A stretch of DNA of 64,000 bases, from positions 217,675,056 to 217,739,055 of the forward strand of contig NC_090371.1 in the NCBI RefSeq assembly GCF_036365525.1, written 5' to 3'. Each line of letters begins with the position of its first letter. Position 1 is the first letter of the stretch. Position numbers and translations under genes: made by a program. The notes below the pieces were generated by a model. It worked only from the letters and a program-made list of their open reading frames with translations, was not told the origin of the DNA and searched no databases. Positions 13,030-24,517 of the stretch are shown here, one piece after another. The DNA is from Heterodontus francisci. Lineage: Eukaryota.

Positions 13030-13253
13030 TAGTTCGATCATTAAACTATTTCCTGCATTGGATCCGAGTCCTCATAGTAACACTCCTGCTGCTCATCTCT
13101 CGGGCTACTTCCAGCCACACCCTCTTTGATGTGGCTGCAGATTTCTTTGTCCCATTGCTTGGAAACAGGACCACCTAGTGTCGCCTGTACTGCACCCAGC
13201 ACGTCTAGGGTTGCCTCATTGAGTCTGAGCACTGCCTTTCCCTCCTTGCTTTC
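13030..13253 (-). pseudogene. Harbinger Myb/SANT gene exon-1 remnant, start separated by a LINE insertion
   Basis: LRLNEATLDVL, then QCRK*FNDRTR followed by a GT donor; the upstream part resumes after 16633. Confidence 0.6.
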
Positions 13254-16200
13254 TTTTTTTTTTATTCATTCATGGGATGTGGGTGTCACTGGCCAGGCCA
13301 GCATTTATTGCCCATCCCTAATTGCCCTTGAGAAGGTGGTGGTGAGCTGCCTTCTTGAACCGCTGCAGTCCATTTGGGGTAGGTACACCCACAGTGCTGT
13401 TAGGAAGGGAGTTCCAGGATTTTGACCCAGCGACAGTGGAGGAACGGCGATATAGTTCCAAGTCAGGATGGTGTGTGGATTGGAGGGGAACTTGCAGGTG
13501 GTGATATTCCCATGTATTTGCTTCCCTTGTCCTTCTAGTTGGTAGAGGTCGCGGGTTAGAAGGTGCTGTCTGAGGAGCCTTGGTGCATTGCTGCAGTGCA
13601 TCTTGTAGATGGTACACACTGCTGCCACTGTGCGTCGGTGGTGGCGGGAGTGAATGCTTGTAGATGGTGTGCCAATCAAGCGGGCTGCTTTGTCCTGGAT
13701 GATGTTGAGCTTCTTCAGTGTTGTTGGAGCTGCACCCATCCAGGGAAGTGGAGAGTATTCCATCACACTCCTGACTTGTGCCTTGTAGATGGTGGACAGG
13801 CTTTGGGGAGTCAGGAGGTGAGTTACTCACCTCAGGATTCCTAGCATCTAACTTGCTCTTGTAGCCACGGTATTTATATGGCTTCTCCAGTTCAGTTTCT
13901 GGTCAAAGGTAGCCCCTAGGATGTTGATAGTGGGGGATTCAGCGATGGTAATGTCGTTGAATGTCAATGGGAGATGATTAGATTGCATGGCACTTGTGTG
14001 GCGCCAATGTTACTTGCCACTTATCAGCCCAAGCCTGAATATTGTCCAGGTCTTACTGCATTTCTACAGGGACTGCTTCAGTATCTGAGGAGTCACGAAT
14101 GCTGCTGAACATTATGCAATCATCAGCGAACATCCCCACTTCTGACCTTGTGATTGAAGGAAGGTCATTGATGAAGCAGCTGAAGATGGTTGGGCCTAGG
14201 ACACTACCCTGAGGAACTCCTGCAGTGATGTCCTGGAGCTCCAACAACCACAACCATCTTCCTTTGCGCTAGGTATGACTCCAGCCAGCGGAGGGTTTTC
14301 CCCCTGATTCCCATTGACCTCAGTTTTGCTAGGACTCCTTGATGCCATACTCGGACAAATGCTGCCTTGATGTCAAGGGCAGTCACTCTCACCTCACCTC
14401 GTGAGTTCAGCTCTTTTGTCCATGTTTCAACCAAGGCTGTAATGAGGTCAGGAGCTGAGTGGCCCTGGTGGAACCCAAACTGAGCGTCACTGAGCAGGTT
14501 ATTGCTAAGCAAGTACTGCTTGATGGCACTGTTGATGACACCTTCCGTCACTTTACTGATGATTGAGAGTAGACTGATGGGGCGGTAATTGGTCGGGTTG
14601 GACTTGTCCTGCTTTTTGTATACAGGACATACCTGGGCAATTTTCCAATTTGCAGGGTAGATGCCAGTGTTGTAGCTGTACTGGAACAGCTTGGCTAGGG
14701 GCACAGCAAGTTCTGGAGCACAGGTCTTCAGTACTATTGCTGTAATATTGTCAGGGCCCATAGCCTTTGCAGTATCCAGTGCCTTCAGTCGTTTCTTGAT
14801 ATCACGCGGAGTGAATCGAATTGGCTGAAGTTTGGCATCTGTAATGCTGGGGACTTCAGGCGGAGGCCGAGATGGATCATCAACTCGGCACTTCCGGCTG
14901 AAGATTGTTGCAAATGCTTCGGCCTTATCTTTCGCACTGATGTGTTGTGATCCCCCATCATTGAGGATGGGGATATTTGTGGAGCCACCAGTCACGGCTG
15001 GATGTGGCAGGACTGCAGAGCTTCGATCTGATCCGTTGGTTATGGCATCGCTTAGCTCTGTCTATCGTATGCTGCTTACGTAGTTTGGCATGCAAGTAGT
15101 CCTGGGTTGTAGCTTCACCAGGTTGACATCTCAGTTTGAGGTATGCCTGGTGCTGCTCCTGGCATGCCCTCCTGCACTCTTCATTGAACCAGGGTTGGTC
15201 TCCTGGCTTGATGGTAATGGTAGAGTGGGGGATATGCCAGGCCATGAGGTTACAGATTCTGGTTGAGTACAATTCTGCTGCTGCTGATGGCCCACAGCGC
15301 CTCATGGATGCCCAGTTTTGCATTGCTAGATCTGTTCGAAATCTATCTCATTTAGCAGGGTGATAGTGCCACACAACACGATGGATGGTATCCTCAATGT
15401 GAAGACAGGATTTCGTCTCCCCAGGGACTGTGCGGTGGTCACTCCTACCAATACTGTCATGGACAGAAGCATCTGCGGTAGGCAGATTATTGAGGACGAG
15501 GTAAAGTATGTTTTTCCCTCGTGTTGGTTCCCTCACCACCTGCCGCAGACCCAGTCTAGCAGCTATGTCCTTTAGGACTCGGCCAGCTCGGTCAGTAGTG
15601 GTGCTACCGAGCCACTCTTGGTGATGGACATTGAAGACCCCCACCTAGAGTACATTTTGTGCCCTTGCCACCCTCAGTGCTTCCTCCAAGTGGTGTTCAA
15701 CATGGAGGAGTACTGAGTCATCAGATGAGGGCGGGCAGTAGGTGGTAATCAGTAGGAGGTTACCTTGCCCATGTTTGACCTGATGCCATGAGACTTCATG
15801 GGGTCCGGAGTCAATGTTGAGGACTCCCAGGGCAACTCCCTCCCTACTGTATACCACTGTGCCACCACCTCTGGTGGGTCTGTCCTGCTGATGGGACAGG
15901 ACGTACCCGGGGATGGTGATGGCAGTGTCTGGGACACTGTCTGTATGGTATTTTTATTTTTTATTTTACAAATACAGCACTGAAACAGGCCATTCGGCCC
16001 ACCGAGTCTGTGCCGACCAACAACCACCCATTTATACTAACCCTACAGTAATTCCATATTCCCTACCACCTACCTACACTAGGGGCAATTTACAATGGCC
16101 AATTTACCTCACCTGCAAGTCTTTGGCTGTGGGAGGAAACCGGAGCACCCGGCGAAAACCCACACAGTCACAGGGAGAACTTGCAAACTCCACACAGGCA

Positions 16201-16630
16201 GTACCCAGAATCGAACCCGGGTCCCTGTATGCTTCTGTGAGTATGACTATGTCAGGCTGTTGCTTGACTAGTCTGTGGGACAGCTCTCCCAACTTCGGCA
16301 CAGGCCCCAGATGTTATTAAGGAGGACTTTGCAGGCTCGACAGGGCTGGGTTTACCATTGTCGTTTCCGTTGCCTAGGTCGATGCCGGGTGGTCCGTCCG
16401 GTTTCATTCCTGTTTATTGACTTCGTAGCAGTTAGGTACAACTGACTGGCTTGCTAGGCCATTTCAGAGGGCATGTAAGAGTTAACCACATTGCTGTGGG
16501 TCTGGAGTCACATGTAGGCCAGATCAGGTAAGGACAGCAGATTTCCTTCCCTAAAGGTCATTAGTGAACCAGATGGGTTTTTACAACAATCGACAATGGT
16601 TTCATGGCCATCATTAGACTAGCTTTTAAT
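13254..16630 (-). mobile_element. CR1/L2-group LINE family A, near full length (APE endonuclease + RT, no ORF1 visible)
   Basis: EN motifs NIWGL..KLGEL..PDIVILTE, FNVHHQEW, SDH; RT GVPQGSVLGP, MFADD; 3' tail CCCATGAATGAATAAAA(n); TTTC duplication/microhomology at 13250-13253 and 16630-16633. Confidence 0.93.
15952..16226 (-). mobile_element. 5'-truncated HE1-like V-SINE nested in the LINE endonuclease region
   Basis: Same body as 4558-4913; GTAT duplicated on both sides; A-rich tail. Confidence 0.88.
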
Positions 16631-17416
16631 TTCATTTTTCTCCTTGTACTTGCCTGAACACAATCCACAAAACTCCAAACCTTCTCCATTGCATTTGTGA
16701 GCTGGGCCTTTAAATAGTCAAGGTGAAACTGCATCTTGCAGGACATTATTTTGCCCACTCACAAACATTGTGGATATGAAACCTGGAAGTAAAATGATAA
16801 TGAGGCATCCCTGTTGAAATTGGACATTCCCACATGTCCCACAGTTTTGCTGATTTGGTGCTCGCTATTGACAACCATCTCTGTGTTAATACTGGGGAAG
16901 TATGGGAATAAGGGAATTCTGCAAAATCAGGCGGGGTCGGTATATTAACTGCTGGGTGAGCGCTAATAATGCATCATTGGACTAATGACTGATCGGAAAA
17001 CCCACCCCGATGTTGCTTCCTTTTCTATCTCTAACTATTAGTTTCAAAGTTAAGAAATACTGTTAAGTTACAGATATATCTCTCTATAGCATCTCAACAT
17101 ATGAGATAATTCACTTTCCCCTTAACTATCATCAGATAGGCCTTAAACATAAGTTGTAAACTGTCTTACAAGATCTGTCTTTTCAAACCTTATTCTAAAG
17201 AACTGAAGTCCTTTACACCTCCTGAGATAGTTTGGATGAGATTACAGAAACACATCTGTAGATTGAAGTATTGTGCTCCACAGTAATCTGCCTAGAAACT
17301 ACTCGGACAACCGTAGAAGATGAATGTTTAATGTGTTGGCATGACCTTTGCTTATCTGCTATTTTAGCAGAAGCCATAACAGTGGTAACTTTTAGTCCTA
17401 TATATACTTTAGTAAG

Positions 17417-17550
17417 TATAGAAACATAGAAAATAGGAGGAGTAGACCATTCGGCCCTTCGAGCCTGCTCCGCTTTTCATTATGATCATCCAACTCAGTT
17501 CCTGCTGTCGCCCCATATCCTATAGAAACATAGAAAATAGGAGCAGGTAT
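17417..17550 (-). repeat. CR1 3'-tail fragments (two stubs)
   Basis: ATAGAAACATAGAAAATAGGAG twice; CCATTCGGCCCTTCGAGCCTGC hairpin region. Confidence 0.7.
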
Positions 17551-18455
17551 AGGTTTGTATAGATACATAAGACCAGCTTTCGCAGGCAGAATACTTTTTT
17601 TTTTCTGTGCATAGTGCACTTCATAAATGACACAGCTGTCAAATGCTTTGAAAATATTGTTATTAAGAGGTCTACCTTCTGGTGACAATCGTGTCATTTT
17701 TTCTTTCTTTCTCATTGCTCTAATGTAACAAAACAAGGAGTTTTGAATTTTTGTTCAACACTTTTAAAGTCTTGGAAGAATTTGATGAAAAAGTTACTGT
17801 TTCCTTAAATTTTAGTCAACATTTTGCTGCTGACTCACTTATTTTTGTGACATTAACTTGGCAAATGCCAATGGGATATAGGGCAGAAATTCATATCATC
17901 AGATTTCTGCCTACTTTAGTATCCATCCCATTACCTGACTGAAGCACCAGCGCATGTTGGGCAGGTGCCTACAAATGAGTCATTAATGATGCGGTGACAA
18001 CATAATTCCAACAGTCCATCAGTTCGACTTCCTTTGTACTGATTCCATTGATGTCAAACAATGAGTAAAAACAGAAGAGAATTTAAAGAGTCAAGAATCA
18101 ACGTTAACTTGTGCAACTAGAAGCTTATTTCTCTGCTTTGTTTCAAGCTATTTATTTGCTTTTGCTATTTTGTCATGTTCCTTTGGGTATTTGCTAAGGT
18201 ACTGCAATTCAGCCTTCCCACCAACCCCTCCCCACTTCCTGCCACACGTCATTACCAGGCAGGTTGAATGCCTTTCCCATTGGAAATTCCTAACGATCTT
18301 TGCTTTTTGGAAGGAAAGGAGGATTGGTGCCAGGCCAGCAAGGCTGCACCAAAAGTGCATGGCACCTACTTAACAGACAGCACCCCCATCCTAGAATATA
18401 TGGCAGCAGTGCTCCCATCTGCATGCGGCTGACCAGCAGTGCCTGCAGAGGCTTT

Positions 18456-18563
18456 GGCTGGAATTTCCTTGGAACTATTCCGCTCCATCTCTGTGGTGGG
18501 AACTGCACTTACATGCATAAAATGGACAGAAGAGTGGGAGCAGCTCTGAGGAAATTCCAGACC
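18456..18563. mobile_element. Tiny palindromic MITE (about 108 bp)
   Basis: GGCTGGAATTTCCT ... AGGAAATTCCAGACC inverted ends with further internal complementarity. Confidence 0.55.
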
Positions 18564-19069
18564 TTTGTATTCCAAATGTTACAACCTGGTGAGAAAGAGG
18601 TCCAGGGTTCCCTTTCAGCCTTCACCTGGTCGAAACGTAACACGGTTTAGTTTTAAACTCACCGTGTTTTTAGCTCCCCCTTGGTGAATCCTTGTTCACC
18701 GCTTTCCAATTATAAGGCAAAGAAATCAGCACAAACAGGTTTTCTTAGGTTTAAAGAAGAAAGATTGAAATTTATTAAACTCTAATTCGGTTGACGGCTA
18801 TGGATGCATGACGTGCCCACGCCAGCATGCTTACACGATACACACATGCCAATAGAAGCAGAAAAGAGCAGAAGAAAAAATAAAGTAAAAAGTTAAAGGC
18901 AATATCTGAAGAGTTTTTGTTATGGTTCTTCAAGTTCACGGTAGATTCCTTGATTGTAGGTAGTTCTTGCTTTTCGTTGGGGCCCAGTATTCTTCTTAAA
19001 CCTTGTTTGCTGTAGGAGACTTTTCTCTCTTGGGGTTCATGTGCCTTCAGTGGATTCAGAGGCTTGTGA

Positions 19070-19226
19070 GACCCTTCTTCAACAAAAAAACTTTTTTTCT
19101 TCCTTTCAGGTGTTAAGGATCACAGTTCTGAAGAAGGGTCACTGACCTGAAACGTTAACTCTGCTTCTCTCTCCACAGATGCTGCCAGACCTGCTGAGTT
19201 TTTCCAGCACTTTCTGTTTTTATTTC
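19070..19226 (+). mobile_element. Penelope-like pLTR fragment with minimal hammerhead ribozyme motif, inserted in the LTR
   Basis: AGTT-CTGAAGA-AGGGTC-ACT-GACCT-GAAA-CGTT-AACT at 19124-19160; this segment is absent from the sister LTRs. Confidence 0.75.
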
Positions 19227-20399
19227 TGAGTTCAATTCATACAATTCAGAAAAACCCAGGTTGCCAAGCAGGTTAGTCATGTTAGTAGCTGGTCTGACCA
19301 CGTCTGTTTGTGGATTCGGCTATCTCAACAGTTGTCCTGAAATTTGAGCTCCCTCACCTTCAATGTCTGGTGCTCAAAGTCCATTTTGGGTTAAATGTGC
19401 CAGGGAATGGTTCTTTGTCCTTCCAAGCAGTGTCTGTTAATGTGCAAATGTCTTTTCCAGCCATGGCTGATCTGTTTAACAAGTCATTTCTGCGCTCCAG
19501 CAACAGTTTAAAATCAATGTTCATGACAAAATTAGTGTGCCTCATTCTTGGCAGGTGGGGGCCTGCATGACACCTCCACACCCAGTGGAATGAAATGTGG
19601 TTTGAGAAAGGCGCATTTCATTAAACGGGTCGAGAGAAAATATAACACATAGAAAAAAAACATGCATTTCTCTCATTCATTCATAAATCCTAAAACTTAC
19701 TACAGCCTGTCTTTTCTTGGTGCCAGTACTGCTTTAATTGTCCCCTTTTTGGCATCCCAGCAAACATGGTTTTTCTTCAGTTTGCCCATTTCCATGGCTG
19801 CCTAGGGTGTCTTTGAGATGGCTAAGTTTAATTAGCCCTGAGTTGGAATTATTTTTTAAGGAAAGTCAGTAGTGAGCAAGTCTATTGTGAATTCCCTTTC
19901 AGTGCTTTGCTGAGTCGTGCAAAGGCCTTTGACCTCAGGGGTTGTGTGGCTCTATTTCCTTCTCTCTGTGGGGGAGGATTCCTTGCCAATCTCCCCTTTG
20001 TCCTCTGGGGACATTCCTGCCTGCAGGTATTTGTGCAAACTCTACTGCCCTCCCCTGTGGCACTACAACTAGGTGAGGCATCACCTTCATGGTTTCTCTG
20101 CCCCCTAGAGGACTTTCCTTGTTTCTATAGGTTCCTGTACTTTCTGTTAGCAACTCTGGTGGGGTACTTCTACTGTCTGAAAATACATAGGAGGATGTAG
20201 GGTCTAACTTTTCAAATTTCCCGGTGTTGGCTGACCAGACAGGATTTCATCCGGGATTTCTCCTGGACTTCCTTTAACCTGCCCTCTTGGTCACTTTTTC
20301 CCCTTCCATTTCTAACCTTTTGCCTGTCTGTCCCCATTTGTTCCAAGTGGGCTCCCTTACAGTTCACCAGCCCTCTGCTGGAGGGTCCTCCTAAACCAG

Positions 20400-21560
20400 T
20401 ACAGGACTTAGGGGTGCAGGTTTCACTGTAGATTGGGGTTTCCCCTCAATCTGGCACATGTGGCAACTCCTACAGTACTCCACCACATCTTTGTGGAGTT
20501 TTGGCCAGTCAAACTGTTGTCTTATGCAGTGTTATGCTGGGCCCCCACCTGCCAAGAATGAGGCATATTAATTTTGCCATATGGACATTAAATTTCAAAT
20601 TGTTGCTGGAAAGAAGAGAAGGCCTGTTTCAAGGGCTGCCAGACTTGGATGAAAAATATTTGCATACTAACAGACGGTGCTTATGTAGACAAAGGACCAT
20701 TCCCTGACACATTCAATCCACAATGGATGTTGAAAACTGGACAGTGAGGGGGTGGGGAAGTGCATTCCACGGCCTGATTGGGTGATGCAATCCACAGGGG
20801 ACAGGACTGGTTCGACCAGCTGGTCAAATGACTAACTGGCTGCTCCAAAGTTTTTTGAACTAGCCACAGAGAGTTTGGACAGAAAGACTTTGATTCTGGA
20901 ATGAGAAAATCTCTCCTGTGTGCTCCCATCTCTTTCTCACAAGCCTCTGAATCCACATGAACCTCAAGAGAGAGGTCTCCTACAATGAACAAGGTTTAAG
21001 AAGAATACTGGGCCCCAATGAAAAGCAAGATCTACCTACTATCAGGGATTCTACAGTGAGCTTGAAGAACCATAACAAAAACTCTTCGGATATTGCCTCA
21101 AACTTTTCCACTTTATTTTTCTTTGCTCTTTTCTGTCTCTATTTGCATATGTGTATTGTGCATGCATGCTAGCGTGGGTGTGTTGTGTATCCATAGGTGT
21201 CAACCGAATTAGAGTTTAACTTCAAGTTTAATAAATTTCACCTTTTCTTCTTTAAAACTAAGAAAACCTGTTTGTGCTGATTTCTTTGCCTTATCATTGG
21301 AAAGCGGTGAACAAGGATTCACCAAGGGGGAGCTAAAAAGTGTTGAAAATAAAACCCTGTTACGCTAAGACCAGGTGAAGACTGAAAGGGACCCCTAGAC
21401 CTCTTTCTCACCTGGTCGTAACAGCGGGCTTTGGTCTTTTGTATCCTGGCATGTACAGCCACTGTAGTCTCATGCACCCTTTTTAATATTTCTCTCCGGT
21501 ACCTCTGCAGCACCAGTAACTGGTGAATTACTGTCCACTCCTTGTCCTCAGGTCTGTGAG
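20400..21560 (-). pseudogene. Integrase N-terminal HHCC zinc-binding region, split by a solo LTR
   Basis: Rejoined reading ILKRVHETTVAVHARIQKTKAR|IRQQFDWPKLHKDVVEYCRSCHMCQ. Confidence 0.85.
20530..21423 (+). mobile_element. Solo LTR of the same Gypsy family, antisense to its host
   Basis: TGTTATG...CGTAACA; reverse complement of the host LTRs; 4-bp TSD GCAG/GCGG. Confidence 0.9.
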
Positions 21561-21929
21561 GAGAACTCCATTTCCCCATCAGTACCTCATTCTTTAAATA
21601 GTAGCAACCAGGGACTCCCACTGCTTCACTTTCAGACTGGGAAGCCTGTGCTAACTCTCTCAATACTGGGTTGGCTCACTGAGCCTCAGCTAGGGACGAT
21701 CCATTTAAATCATTCCCTGGGTCTCCTAACTTTCCAAAGAACATCTCAGGCAGACAGACCTGGTCATCTGCCTGCAGCGCCAAGTCAGTCTCCTCTGTGG
21801 AAGCTGGTTTGATCACGGCCTGATCCACTACACATTCAGGGAAAGAGCAGGGGTCCGTCTCCTGCCTCGGCCCTGTCTCTCTGACCTCCTGCAGTATTTC
21901 TCTCAATACTGGGGGGGGGGGGGGGGGGC

Positions 21930-23614
21930 TACCACCTTCACCCCCACCAGATCATTACCTAGGAGCAGATCAATCCCATCCATAGGTAAACTAGGGACAA
22001 TACCTACTGTCACCTGTCCCGAAACTAGATCTCACTCCAGATGCACCCAGTGTACAGGTACAGGCATACACTGCCATCCAATACCATTCACCATCATTCA
22101 GGTTTTCACTGCACTCTCTGGGGCAAAAGTCAGGCCTTTTCCCAGTAAAAGGGATCTAGTGGCCCACTGTGTCCCTGAGAATTACTATGGGCTTGCTTGC
22201 CCCACTTGAGGGGTATGGGGTTACTTTCCCTTCAGGCACAAAACTCTGATAGCCTTCAGGAATACTATTAACTTTTACTGTACTTGCAGCCGTAAGCTTC
22301 CTGTGTCTCACTGTTACTGCAGTTAAAACCACAGCTTGTTCTGCTGTGCTTTCCATCAGGTTCGCTTCTTCATAGAGCGGGTGTGCCCTGATTAACTCTA
22401 CTGGTTTCCCCTTTAGTTTCCAGCAGTCAGCTTTTACATGCCCTGCTTTATTACAATGGAAGCACTTAGGTCTCCGGGTCTCACTCTTGCTCACAGCACC
22501 TTCCCTTTTGGCTAGAGGAGGGCCCCCTGTGTCTCCTGCTTTTCTTTTTCTCCCAGGACAGCTTGGGCTCCTATCACCTTCCCACCCTTCATCCTTTTCG
22601 GATTTGTGGGGGTGACTAGGAAAGGTTCTCCCCGGGGAAACTGACTTATAAATTGAAGCAAACTCATCAGCTGGAATGGTCACTTGCCAGGCCCTCTAGA
22701 CCTGCTGCTCCTCTACATGGCTCTTTATGGAGAGTGGGAGAGAGTTTTTAAATTCCGCTAACAGAATTACATCTCTGAGATTCTCACAGCTGAGCTGGAC
22801 TTTAAGAGCCCTCAGCCACTAGTCAAAAGCCAGCTGCTTACCTTTTTCAACTCCAGGTAAATTTGATTAGCTTGCTTCTTGAGTGTTCTAAACTTTTGGC
22901 GATCGCTTTGGGTACGAATTCATACGCCCCGAGGATAGCATTTTTTGTCAGTTCATAATTTGATGAACTCTCATCTGGCAGCAAAGAATAAACTTCATGG
23001 GCTTTTCCGGTTAGCTTGCTTTGTAATAAAAGAGGCCAGGACTCAGCTCACCTTATAGCTGCTTTGCCAATTTCTCAAAGAACACAAAATTCTTCTACAT
23101 CTTCCTCATTGAATTTTGGGATTAGTTGAGCGAGTTTCAACAATTTTGTACCCAGCCCTGACTTATGCTCCTCCATGCTTTCACTCGGGTTATTCTGTTG
23201 CCCCTGAGCTAACTCAAGCTGCTTCAACTCTCATTCTTCACATTCTTTCCAGAATATCCTTTCTCTTTGTCCCTCCTGTCTCTCTTTTTCTTCACATTCC
23301 TTCTGGAAAGCTCTTTCTCTCTATCTCTCTCTCTCTCTCTCTCTCTCCTCAAATTCAAGTTTCCTCTGTTCCAATTATATGTTTGCTAGCAATACCATGT
23401 CAGAGTCTATTTCTAACCCTGTTTCTGCTTCTTCAGATTCAAGGGAAAAATGTTTGACCATTAGCCTTAGGAGTTCAGACTTCCTAGCCTTTCAAAGTGC
23501 AGTGACCCCACACTGCTCAGCCATTTTTCTCAACTCCTCCATAGACAGTGCTTTTAACTTATCCAAAGGTACTTTACCCTGGCTCGGGGAGCTACTAGCT
23601 TCAGTTGCAGACAT
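21930..23614 (-). pseudogene. Gag-protease pseudogene: N-terminal helix-extension-helix-like motif, coiled coil, SCAN-type capsid, CCHC knuckle, aspartic protease
   Basis: LKALSMEELRKMAEQCG; LLQSKLTGKAHEVY; ENLRDVILLAEFKNSLP; CFHCNKAGHVKADC; ILRDT(G) with frameshift. Confidence 0.85.
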
Positions 23615-23964
23615 GTTAGTATTCAAGCACACACAACCACAAGAAAACTTGTATTGATTTTTTGCTGTTTTTTGATTGGGAACAATTTGGCTTCCCACTT
23701 CCAATTTCTCTCATTTGTTTGTGGGTAAAATTCAGGACGGTAGCCGCCAAATTTCTGTTATGCCCAGTGAGAAAGGTGTCAAGTGTTCCCTTTTAGCCTT
23801 CACCTGGTCGAACCGTAACAGGGTTTAATTTTAAACACCGTGTTTTTAACTCCCCCTTGGTGAATCCTTGTTCACCACTTTCCAATTATAAGGCAAAGAA
23901 ACCAGCACACAGGTTTTCTTAGGTGTAAAGAAGAAAGACTGAAATTTATTAAACTTAAACTCTA

Positions 23965-24517
23965 CACTTAGAATATTGCGTGCAATTCTGGTTGCCACAC
24001 TACCAGAAGGACGTGGAGGCTTTGGAGAGGGTACAGAGGAGGTTTACCAGGATGTTGCCTGGTCTGGAGGGCATTAGCTATGAGGAGAGGTTGGAAAAAC
24101 TCGGATTGTTTTCACTGGAACGATGGAGGTGTGGGGCGACATGATAGAGGTTTACAAAGTTATGAGCGGCATGGACAGAGTGGATAGGCAGAAGCTTTTT
24201 CCCAGGATGAAAGAGTCAGTTACTAGGGGACATAGGTTTAAGGTGAGAGGGGCAAAGTTTAGAGGGGATGTGCGAGTCAAGTTTTTTACACAGAGGGTGG
24301 TGAGTGCCTGGAACTTGCTGCCAGGGGAGGTGGTGGAAGCAGATACGATAGCGACGTTTAAGAGACATCTTGACAAGTACATGAATAGGAAGGGAATAGA
24401 GGGATATGGGCCCCGGAAGTGCAGAACGTGTTAGTTTAGGCATGCATCAAGATCGGCGCAGGCTTGGAGGGCCGAATGGCCTGTTCCTGTGCTGTACTGT
24501 TCTTTGTTCTTTGTTCT
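23965..24517 (+). mobile_element. CR1 3' fragment inserted in the 5' LTR
   Basis: ORF 24123-24434; (TTGTTCT)n tail; TCTA repeated at both junctions; near-identical to 61800-62351. Confidence 0.93.

Noticed and set aside
16300-16630. Naming the LINE 5' UTR as the Deu domain
   Set aside because: It does not match the Deu/AmnSINE1 core as I recall it; only 35090-35205 looks DeuSINE-like, so the segment is left unnamed
21910-21927. Long G homopolymer as a G-quadruplex or frameshift signal
   Set aside because: Most simply an expanded homopolymer in a dead pol region; no second copy here to show conservation
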